Shown piece by piece: positions 10,501 to 19,415 of a stretch of DNA of 22,205 nt. Below the pieces are notes generated by a model. That model made no database searches. It saw only the letters and a list, made by a program, of their open reading frames with translations, and was not told where the DNA came from. The position numbers and the translations under genes were made by a program. The stretch comes from Mesotaenium endlicherianum (Eukaryota). The DNA is taken from positions 518,986 through 541,190 of the forward strand of contig WELA01000694.1 in the NCBI GenBank assembly GCA_009602735.1. Reading direction: 5' to 3'. How positions within the stretch are numbered: the first letter of the stretch is position 1; the number at the start of each line of letters is the position of its first letter.

Positions 10501-11881
10501 GGTTTGGGTACCTTTGCATGCTCTGGGTGCACACACCACTCGGACTCGGCTACGTACTCGTACTCACACACGTTCTTTCTCTCCCTCCCTCTCCCTCTCT
10601 CTCTCTCACGCACACATCTTGAGGACTCTTTACTCGCTTGTTGCAGAAGTTGCAGGCAACTGGCAAGGGGAATGATGTGCAGGCGCAGTCAAACGCGCGT
10701 GCGCGCGTGCGCACACATACACACACACACATAGAGGGAGAGAAGGAGGAGAGGGACATTTGTCACGTGCACAAGAGGGATGACTCAGCCAGTTCCAAGT
10801 GTTAGAGCTCTCCAGCAAAACCTCAGCACTATCACTGAATGCAGCATGCCTGAATCCTCCGGATTTTGTCACGCCCCATGTGCATCCTGCTGCTCTGTCT
10901 GTACGTGACTGCAGCCGGAGTCGAGTGCACCACCTGACTTGTTTGAAATTCGTTCCGAGGCGGACTGCGAGTCTGCTCTCTCAAAGCGCCAGCTGTTCCC
11001 CTCGTCGTTAGCAGATGCATCCGCATCTGGACGAGCCTCCACCCCTCCGCGCGACCGCAGCTGCGCACCCCCCTTGGGAGAGGGCATCGGAGTGCGCGTG
11101 TCGGTATGCACCCCCCCTCCCTCCGCCGCACCATTTGCCTTCTTCTCTCTCCCTCCCTCCCTCCCTTTCTCCCACTTTTCCTCCTTGTTGTGTTTTGAGC
11201 CGGCCTGCAGGAGGGATTGTGGGCACTTGTATCCATTGCTGAGGTTAGCATTTGCAATGGATGCTGAATCTGCTTGAGCCAGATGATTAGACGGGAAGTT
11301 TGCACAGGCACACGTGCTCGGCCTTATCGCATGCCATCTGGCGCGCGCCTGTGCCGTGTATGACAGTTTCTGCAGCTGCAATTGTCCACGCCGACTCTGG
11401 CAGAGGCCAAGGGGGAGGTCTTTCAACTTACATTCGGACCAGAGTGGTTTTGGGAACAAGTCCGGCTGCTGGATCTTTGTGGTTGTGAATGCACGCCCAC
11501 AGCTGCAGGGCAGGAAAATGTAATCATGCCTGCCACCTCCCCTCCTTGTCTTATCTGCTGTGTCCATGTGACCGTCCTGCCGCCCGGCAAGTTCTACCTG
11601 CCGCCCCCGCTTTACAGGAACACGCGTTTCCGAATCCCCTTTGTTTCTCGACGGCTGTGCAGGTGTTGTGGCCCGAGGGCATCGTCGAGGGCGTGGACAT
11701 CGACACGTGGTACGTCGGCACCATCGGCAAGTTTGACCAGGTCAAGAAGTATCACCTTGTGTTGTACGACGATGGAGATAGGGAGTGGGAGGACCTTCAA
11801 GACGGCTCTGGCACAGAGTGGAGAATTGGAGATATTCACAGTGCGAAATTCAAGTGGGATCCCCGAGATCGATGCTCGTGA
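2719..11881 (+). CDS. Multi-exon gene: CDCA7-like zf-4CXXC_R1 zinc-finger protein with C-terminal Tudor-like domain (about 1086 aa in this model)
   Basis: Phase-consistent exon chain: 2719-2955, 3074-3195, 3718-3855, 4637-5045, 5578-6162, 6816-7065, 7479-7579, 8386-8460, 9141-9868, 10144-10247, 10358-10461 (least certain), 10915-11103, 11663-11881. Total 3261 nt, divisible by 3. All introns are GT-AG except one inferred GC-AG (9869-10143). The finger and Tudor ends are well supported. The middle junctions, especially 6162/6816 and 10247-10915, are inferred. Confidence 0.6.
3074..3195 (+). CDS. zf-4CXXC_R1 exon (RIYDS..G.TCHWCRQKT)
   Basis: Acceptor ctgcag at 3073. Translation RARKTNPGRRMLGGRIYDSEMGETCHWCRQKTLELHVKCSK. 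Donor AA|gtaagc at 3196 (phase 2). GRIYD...G.TCHxCRQKT is the hallmark start of the CDCA7/JPO1 finger. Confidence 0.92.
3718..3855 (+). CDS. zf-4CXXC_R1 exon (FCGSCLRNRHGE...WVCPVCRG)
   Basis: Acceptor cacgcag at 3717 follows a pyrimidine tract. Translation PTCRVKFCGSCLRNRHGEEIREETEEGVLWVCPVCRGGCGPGCSRC. Donor TG|gtgaat at 3856; phase 2 on both sides. Confidence 0.92.
3942..4463. other. Assembly gap (N run) within an intron of the CDCA7-like gene
   Basis: 522 Ns flanked by poly-C. The exons on either side join in phase, so probably no coding exon is missing. Confidence 0.99.
4556..4596. repeat. (CT)n microsatellite in intron
   Basis: Uninterrupted TC dinucleotide run of about 20 units. Confidence 0.97.
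4637..5045 (+). CDS. zf-4CXXC_R1 C-terminal exon (CNCGPCR...PTG.L...GFSNVHDWL) plus basic KKRKRK NLS-like motif
   Basis: Acceptor gtgcag at 4636 completes a TGC codon. CNCGPCRIKRKMKPTGLVLYRVRQDGFSNVHDWL parallels the CDCA7 pattern CNCS.CR...G...TG.L......GF.NVH.YL. The 3' donor GCG|gtgggc at 5046 is inferred. Confidence 0.85.
5578..6162 (+). CDS. Acidic/Gly-rich low-complexity exon of the CDCA7-like gene
   Basis: Acceptor tggacag at 5577 is in phase 0. Reads EELAGMCPAAAKRGRR...SDDAEEGDEWDE...DEDEDEGGGGG. Donor AAG|gtacag at 6163. If this donor is not used, the frame stops at 6255. Confidence 0.65.
6816..8460 (+). CDS. Three middle exons (6816-7065, 7479-7579, 8386-8460) encoding an unassigned, helical-looking block
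   Basis: Coding-like GC3-rich codons and matching splice phases (G|gtatgt..ccgcag|AC; AAG|gtgccc..ccgcag|CAC; GAG|gtgccc). Joined: ...GALLAQELQRAYDARELARLRFEFRKRNK...GGLLVPTDVDAKSYADSFPDLEKKQL...ELALLRGFFFWIKHLVRKDAFKPWAPQCTSLEVEADFE. Confidence 0.7.
9141..9868 (+). CDS. Pro/Ala-rich exon (PAPAPAP hexamer repeats; VKCE, VKQE, VKAE motifs)
   Basis: Acceptor ggagcag at 9140, phase 0, with a long open frame. The 3' end is placed at an inferred GC donor (AG|gcaggc) because it phases with exon 10144-10247. Confidence 0.6.
10915..11881 (+). CDS. Last two exons (10915-11103, 11663-11881) encoding a Tudor/Agenet-like domain
   Basis: Junctions ctgcag|CCG...TCG|gtatgc and gtgcag|GTG join in phase 0. 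Product: GIGVRVSVLWPEGIVEGVDIDTWYVGTIGKFDQVKKYHLVLYDDGDREWEDL...W. This matches the plant PDS5/MSH6-type Tudor pattern G.R(I/V).V.WP....WY.G.I..(Y/F)D...K.H.V.YDDGD.E...L. Stop TGA ends at 11881. Confidence 0.85.
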
Positions 11882-11960
11882 TAAACATGAGTCCCATGTG
11901 TACTATTGCAAAGTAGGGATGCAAATGTAGGGAAGAACAAGTGCAGGCTAGGGAGAATAA

Positions 11961-12010
11961 GGGGGCTCATATCTAAGCCATTTGATAGTCATCTGGCAGT
12001 ATGAGCCCCC
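11961..12010. repeat. 50-bp imperfect hairpin just downstream of the Tudor-exon stop
   Basis: GGGGGCTCATA (11961-11971) pairs perfectly with TATGAGCCCCC (12000-12010). Inner GCCA/TGGC and GAT/ATC pairs extend the stem. Confidence 0.75.
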
Positions 12011-14010
12011 AAGAAACTTAGGATATTTCTCGACTAGTTAATTATGTTCAAACACAATTGACTCAAACATCCTCTGTAACACCACGCATGGCGCGATCAT
12101 GTGGACATTGGTTTGATCGATGGGACTACTGTGGCTCGTGGAGGATACTAGGCATTTTATGGCATGAACTACTCTCTTGCCGTAATTTTAGAAAACCCAC
12201 CTGAAAGAATCCGCTATTATGACTTTCAAGTAATGGATGCCTCTAGTGTTTTGTATGCATGGCTCAGAAATCGTGGCTGCATATAATGCTGCATGTTGTG
12301 TGTTCCTGCTTAGTGTGCTTAGTGTGGTTGCAGATGATGATATTTATGTACTCCAAAGAATCAAATTACTTCTTGTAAGCGCAACGCGTTACATAGTTGC
12401 ATGATCAGTGGTTATAAGGTGTAGCATGAACTTCAATCACCTATTGCTGGTCTCATGGTGCTTCCACCTTTGCAATAAGAGCAGATAGTCTTTTCTTTGT
12501 TAGTTGGCTCATTTGGAGATATGGACAAGAAAGACCTTGTCGAAATGTACCTTGATTAAAACTTACCTTAGACTATGCTTGTCCTCGATCCACCAGAGTC
12601 GTAGATCCATAATCCAAATCTGAAACATGGTGTTCTCTGCTCTCTTAGTCTTTAGATCACTCCTTAATTCATGGCGAATGTATTGCATGTAGATTGGCTT
12701 ACGCTTTCAAGTATAATAAAATCTTGATGCAATCTGCACATCCAATTACGTATCGTTTCAGGACATATGAATAAGGTAAGTGAAACCAAGAAATCCACAA
12801 CTTTGTTTCTGTATGACTTGGGAGTGTTGCTTGCAGTCGTATAATTGTCATGGTATACATAGCACAAAAAGTCACGGCTAATAGCCGTTTCTATGAGAAA
12901 ATGTGAGAAATGATTTCCTTCAGCATATCTCTCAAACATGTGATTGGCACTGTGGCCACAAGCGCCCAACTTATTCTCCATACGTCTTTGTTCTTGCTCA
13001 ATCAGAGTACCAATTGGTGTCTTTGATAATTAAGTCATGATTTATTTGCTCGGGGTTGATGCACCAATGCCAAACTACAAGTATGTGAAGGTCCACCTAG
13101 AACCACCATATTGCATTTTCCGTTTCATATTCATAAATTGCCCTTTTCTAGATTTTCAAGTCATAGAAATGTAATGCATTGAGCCACCTTCTGAACGCAA
13201 TCAATTTTGTCATTTGAACAGATATCGAAGGAGATATATAAAATTATGTGAAAGCTACCAACCAACCCTTAGCGCGGCCTAGTGTGAACGCTCCAAGGCC
13301 CATGACGCTACTCATCGATCCCAAAGGACACACATTGGGACTCTTTGCTCTGGCCACTGTAAGCTGGCCCTTAGCTGTTCACGACTTCTGAGGAATTGGA
13401 AACTAACACAGATGCCACCATTTTGTGTGCTCTTCGCACGCTTGTAGTTTTTGTCTCAATTTTGCACTAGAATCTCCTAGCAGATATAATCTACAAGTTC
13501 TCTAACTTTCTGGCTGGAAATTTATTCGGGAATTCCTGAGTTCTAGTTTTTTATGGTACAAAGCATGAGAGTGGGAGCAAAGATCTTCAAGCGTCGGCAG
13601 AAGCGTGCCTCCTCGAGCTCCTTGTGGCCTTGAGAACTCACTCCTTCTTCTTTGCACCTTCCTCCTCCTTCCTTCTGCTCTTCTCTTCCTTCTTTTTGCT
13701 TTAAAAATTTGCGAGAGAGAATGAGCGAAGTGTGTGCAAGGCTCGAGCTTTACCCAGGCACCTGCATGCATGCACCCTCGAAGTCATCCTTTGCTTACCT
13801 TATGTCGAGTAGGTTAACATGCATGCTATCCTCGTAACTCTCGCGCGTCACAACTTTACCTCTCGCTCAGTGTCCACGCTGACGTGAGTTTTAAAACCAC
13901 GTCCATGTCGTGGCAGTGCCATCATGGCAATGGTGACAGTGGACCATGGGATGAGGTGGCCTATCATCTCAACTTTGCCTGACTTCGCATCTGCTCTGCT
14001 GGCATGGCCC

Positions 14011-14060
14011 TTGCCTGCCCTTGCCCACTCTTGCCAGCCCTTGCCAGCCCTTGCAACTCT
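14011..14060. repeat. Decamer tandem array (TTGCCAGCCC-like) x5
   Basis: ttgcctgccc ttgcccactc ttgccagccc ttgccagccc ttgcaactct. Confidence 0.85.
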
Positions 14061-14500
14061 GCATGATTCGGTAGCTGCAAGCGTGGCCTTTGCAAGCCTC
14101 TGTGGGGTTAACCTTGCAGCCGATCTGGCGGCAAATCTTCACCCATTCCTGGCTGTCGGGTTTGACCAGGTTTGGGTGTGGTCACACCTTACGTGTGACC
14201 GACGGAACGCGTGTTCAACACTAACTTCTATTGTCTGCAGAGCTGGTCGGTGGGTCTGTTATATGACCGTCCGTACCTGAGGGCGCTGTGACTTCTGCCA
14301 CGCGTGCTGCACCGTCCAGTAGCTCGTCAGTCGCGACCAGTCGCGACGTAGCAACAAAGACTTCAAAATATATCAAACTGTGATGGCAAAGCACACATGC
14401 AGTCAGCATGCAGTGGAGGATCGAACACATGTGACAGCAACCTCGCAGAATATGGAGTCGGGACAAGTCGGGACGTTGAGGAACGTTATGCCGGACGGCA

Positions 14501-14543
14501 TACCTGGCGCTGCCTGGAGCTGCCTGGATCTGCCTGGGGCTGC
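14501..14543. repeat. Decamer tandem array (TGCCTGGNNC) x4
   Basis: tacctggcgc tgcctggagc tgcctggatc tgcctggggc tgc. Confidence 0.85.
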
Positions 14544-14571
14544 TTTGAAATGTTTTTGGGAAGGTCAGGAC

Positions 14572-14865
14572 CAGGCCCCAGGATTCGACAAAAGTCGCGG
14601 ATTTCGGAAAATTTCGGAAACATTCTCTGGCCTGCTCTGGGCGACGGCCAGGGTTCGAGAACACCCGACAAAATTTGGTTGGATTTGTTTAATGGCGTAA
14701 TGACATCCCACGACAATTATAAAGGGAAATAGAAAATTCTGGGCTTTTATGCGACATCCGCTCCCAATGACCAGGATTTCTTTCGACATAATCTAAGATT
14801 TTACATGATTTTAAAACATCCAAAAAAGCAAATACCCTAAAATATATCTCGAATCCTGGGGCCTG
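14572..14865. mobile_element. Non-autonomous hAT-type MITE, 294 bp
   Basis: Perfect 17-bp TIRs: CAGGCCCCAGGATTCGA (14572-14588) and TCGAATCCTGGGGCCTG (14849-14865). Identical 8-bp flanks GTCAGGAC at 14564-14571 and 14866-14873. CAG termini plus an 8-bp TSD are typical of hAT elements. The interior is AT-richer, with a subterminal duplication (ATTTCGGAAA)2 at 14601-14620. Confidence 0.9.
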
Positions 14866-15704
14866 GTCAGGACTCGGGACTCAGGAGCAGTCAGGAGCGT
14901 AATTGGGCGGGACTCAGCCTTCAGGACCATAGGATTCTGCATGGAGATTCCCAAGTCTATTGCAGGCTGTATCTGGCGAAAGCCTGAGAGGCTAGAGTAA
15001 AGGCTGGTCTCAGAGGCGATTATACAAGCAAATACAGAAGCTTGCATGTAGTCACTAGTCGCCACTGCCTAGTATTCTTGAGCAGATATTTCAAGTCGTA
15101 ACCAGTTTAATCGAAGTTTGAAGGTGGAAGTTTGAAGTTTGAAAGATGCGGTTCTGACTTCCGTATCTCTTTTCATGTCAGTCTCAACGATGGGTGCGAC
15201 AGGGGACCAGTTCCATGTATTTTTGATTGGATACATACTACCACGTGTGATCGACCAAAAGCAATTTCCAATATAAGCTTGTCGTTACTGGATCATGAAC
15301 TAAACCTGCAGGCGTATTTATGATATCGTTCTGTTGCAAAGCCACTGCCAGGAGCATCAGGGCAGTGGCCGGAGGCCTGCTTACATACCACTTACGCAAC
15401 CGCGGGATTTGGCGATCGGCTTGCCATTCTGCTGTCGTTAGTGGATTTGCGCCAAGTGCAGAACTGCCGTTGGAATCACTGCCGTGCAAAAGAAGTGGGG
15501 AAGTGAACTTCTACCCCTAGCACGTCATGTACCGGTGACAACCATTGGCAGCTGTTCCTTCCTAGTGCGTGAACTTTTTGAGAACACAGCAAAGCGACTT
15601 CCGAGTTTCGAGTTTCGACGGTGCCTCTCGAGTCCCTCTCTTACTTAGTCCTTCTCTTAGTCCTTGAACGCTCCAGTTTATTCCGTGCCTTCCTTTTTAG
15701 AACT

Positions 15705-16289
15705 ATGACAGAAGTACAAGCGCCTGGGGCAGTACCCCTATCAGCTGCATCAGTCTACAGCAACTCCTGCAGCATTTGTGGATCGCCAAAGTTCGTCGGC
15801 ATAAATTCGATATACTGCGAAGATTGTGAAGATCAGCTAAAGAAGGCAGAGGAATTTATTGCTCGCAAGGGCTTATGTAACGTCAGAAATAGCTCCACCA
15901 TGAAGCCCCCATCAAGCACAGGGTCGGGCGTGACTGCAAAGAAAGTGTCTTTTAAAAAGTTTGAGCCCTTGTCCCTAACCATACTCGTGGAAAATCCAGA
16001 AACAAGTCAGAAGGAAGCAGGAACTGTTCCGATGGAAACCAATGACGCCTCTGGAGAAGCGCCCGCTGACGACTCAATGGGAGAAGCATGGGCGAACGTC
16101 CAAGCAGGTAATCACGACGGTGAAGACATGGAGGACGAGTGGGCAGAGGAGCCTAGGATGGGGTTGTCAAGAACGAGCAGTGATGCTGTATGGAAGCTGA
16201 GGCGGGCGCAGGTGCTGGGGGCTTCTCTAGGAACACCTAAGGCACGAGAGGGGCAAACTTCCAAGCTGAAGAAGGCGCCTAGCATGTAG
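15705..16289 (+). CDS. Hypothetical 194-aa protein with N-terminal CxxC-x12-CxxC motif; single coding exon
   Basis: Long ORF in moderate-GC DNA. The ATG at 15705 follows a putative 5'UTR intron 15621-15700 (gtgcct...ttttag), so the track's GTG start is probably the intron donor. Contains CSICGSPKFVGINSIYCEDC, KKVSF, an acidic stretch and LSRTSSDAVWKLRRAQVLG. Family not recognised. Confidence 0.65.
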   Translation: MTEVQAPGAVPLSAASVYSNSCSICGSPKFVGINSIYCEDCEDQLKKAEEFIARKGLCNVRNSSTMKPPSSTGSGVTAKKVSFKKFEPLSLTILVENPETSQKEAGTVPMETNDASGEAPADDSMGEAWANVQAGNHDGEDMEDEWAEEPRMGLSRTSSDAVWKLRRAQVLGASLGTPKAREGQTSKLKKAPSM

Positions 16290-18613
16290 TGAGCAGATGT
16301 ACGTTGTACAGAAAACGACTGTGCAGTTAGCTATAAGACCGCGCAATTGAGAGCTAAATCGCGAAGCAGTATGTTAGGTTCGTAACAACCGTGTATCGCC
16401 GCAGATCTGAAAGAGCTGGGGCTGAGATCGAGAGCTACTCGTCTTGAGCAATCAAGGCTAAACTGATTATTTGTGCCATCAGGTTGCTGATTATATTGCA
16501 ACCAGGTGAGCGGTAGCCGATTCTCTAAACGCCTTGCTGCAAGTGTCACCTCACACTACTGAACAGATAGGTGTTGTACAACAAATCAAAGTAGGACTCA
16601 AACAAAATCATGTAGGCCTGGCACATGCAGGAGATGCGGATGTAACGAGCCGTTCCCTATCACGTGCTTGCATTTGCTCCTCTTTATACTACGGTTCCGC
16701 ATGACAGGGGCATCAGCAGAGACGATAGCACATTGCTTATCCAATTTGACTTTAGGGTGCAGCGATGATGCTTCTTAGAATTTCCTTCTTGTAGCGGTAA
16801 GCTGCCGGGAAGACATGGTGGGAAGAGGGTGTTTCCCAAGTTCTAGTGCCAGGCAGGCTACCTCCTAGGACCTAGGAGCAAACATTTAATCAGTTAAATC
16901 TAGCATCTACATTGTGCATCTCACGTCAGCTTGTAGAAAGATCAAGCCCCATAGAAGTCTAGGCTGAGCAGATAGTGGACGCCTCCTTTTTTTATCTTTG
17001 CTGGCAATTGGCCAGCAGGGGGGACAGACACGAGCCTCCACAGTGTATTTTCCTTTTCTTTTTTCAAATTTGTGCCGTTTACTTGGAGCCTCCTCTGCTC
17101 TCGTCTCACGCACACTTGCCACCCTGCACATCAAAAGCATTCCTTGCATTGAGGCTTGACTGAGATAATCAACGCGCCCTTAAAGTTGCTGTGCATGTAT
17201 ACCGCTGACCTCAGCCGAAATGCTGCGTATGTCTGCTGCACCTGTGTTCTGAAAGGGTAGGCAGTATGGGTGCAGTGCAATTTATCAGCATCCGATTGAT
17301 CAGTGCAGCTCTTATGCATGTGGAGAGTTCTTCCAAGAAAGTGAAAATGGACCCAAATGCTATCAAATGCAGAAATACTTCAGAGATTTTTGTGATACCC
17401 AACGCTTGTGAGTATTTTCCTTGCTTAAGGGACTTGCGACTTGCGGTGACCAAAAAAAGCTTTTGCGGCAAGGTTAAACGTGTGCTAGTGTGCTGTGTAC
17501 TTTCTCGCAGAGCATTGACTAAGTGCAAAAGTTATGATTGCGTCGCCGGCTAAACCACCATGCTTGCTTAACCCCGCCACAAAGAGAAGTGAGCAGCCTC
17601 CCAACTGCAGAACAAACAGAACTAAATAGCAGGAAGTAGTCTGCTTGCGCCTAGTAAGGCATGGCGGACCAACAGTCCACCGTAGTCAGTGCCACCCTTA
17701 AATTGGTCATCTGGAGCAGGTTACAAGAGCCCATTTTTATGACAACTCCGTGTGTGTTCACTCGCAACTCCAAAACACTTCCCTCAAATAAGAAGGAAAC
17801 ACGTATCCAGTGAGTTGCACTTTTGCCATGCAGAGTTTCATATTTATGCCTGGAGGAAGTTCACCGCACATGATTTTACCCTGTTGCCTTCATCGGTGGA
17901 GGGTAATGAATACATCATAGGGTGTAGGTAGGAGTAAAGTATGCAAATCTCCCGCCTTGAATTGGAAGTACCAACAAGAACTCCACCTGACTCCCGGGTA
18001 CCAGCAGACCCTACAACAAGGCAACCTCGAACAACTGATCAAACATCGCTATCTTAGCCTACACCCCACAATTCACCATCCTACTATGGTATATACAAAT
18101 CGTGAAGCCCTCAGGGTGCCACGAGTGCCTTGGAAAACAATAGTAGAAGCCACAAAGGTCGGAATGGGCTTTGGAGGATGCGAGCGGTAACGCGCCCACT
18201 TCTGGATAACTATGAGACTAACAAATTATGCCGCCCGGCCCGTTCCCTCTTTATGGCTCTCGATGCTTCGCTGCCCATAAGTTTAGTGCTCACCTTCCTG
18301 CTTCTGCTCGACATGCCCCCTCCCCCCCCCCCCACTGGCGGGGGATCGGCCGCCAGCTCGATGCCCTCCTTTATATCGGGCTCCAAAACTAGAGGGAAGG
18401 GAGTGAGCCCAGCCGGAAGCTTCAGGCACAGCTGTTGCTTAAATACGCACTCCCCCTGCTCACGCTGCCCTTATTGGCCGTGCTGGCGTAAAACACGACG
18501 CCAACGAAAGATGAACGTATCCGGGCCCAACGGGGAGAGTATCCAACAAACGAGCATCCTGACAGCGTAAGACATACTCCTCACAGAGGGAAGGCCCAGC
18601 AAGTAGAGGAAGC

Positions 18614-18690
18614 CAGGGCCAGTTCCAGGGGCCGGGGCAGGGGCCAGGGCCGCGGCTGGGGCTGGGGCCAGGGCGAGGGCCAGGGCAAGG
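18614..18690. repeat. GC-rich hexamer repeat (ggccag/ggctgg-like) in GT61 3'UTR
   Basis: Degenerate 6-bp units just past the minus-strand stop codon (18700-18702). Confidence 0.6.
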
Positions 18691-18699
18691 AAGCTTAGA

Positions 18700-19379
18700 C
18701 TAGAAGCTCCCGGCGCAGTCTTGCTGGAGGACGCACTCGACGTCGGGGTCGGCGAGGTGCGAGCGCAGCACGGTGGAGCGGCACTTGTAGCTGCGCTTCT
18801 GCGCGACGCACGCGCGCGGGTAGTGCGTGTCGCGCAGCCACGCGCCGGCCTCCGCGAGCCCCGCGCGCGCGCGCAGCGTGACGTCGCGTGCGAGCGCCAG
18901 CATGCCCTCGATGGCGGCGCCGTCGGCCGGCGTGATCTCCATGCGCCGGCGGTGCGTGAAGTACTCCTTGCAGCGCGGGCTCTTGATGGTGCACTCGTAC
19001 ACGCCCACGCCGTCAAACTCGGCGTCGCCCGGCTGCGGGCTGCCCTGGCGCAGCTGGTGCGTCAGGAACGTGGCGCCGCTGTTCACTGTCATGATGCCGT
19101 ACATGATGTGGAACACGTGGTAGGGCTGCAGCTCCACCACCACGGTGTCGGGGCGCGCGTACGAGCCCGGGTTCACGAGCGCCGCGCCGTGCACGGACAC
19201 AATGATGTCGGCCTCGCGCACCAGCCGCAGCTGCTCCCGGAACGTCAGCCCGCTGAACTCCATCTCCCGCACCTGCGCCGAGCCACGCCGCCGCCCGGCC
19301 CCACGAAGAACGACAGAGAGTGAGGGATATGGGGAGACCCCCTCTATGTCAGCCCGCTTAACTCCACCTTCAGGACCCG

Positions 19380-19415
<36 letters not shown>

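Noticed and set aside
17957..18570. 77-aa and 146-aa plus-strand ORFs as retroelement remnants
   Set aside because: No RT, integrase or gag motifs, and they overlap the likely GT61 3'UTR.
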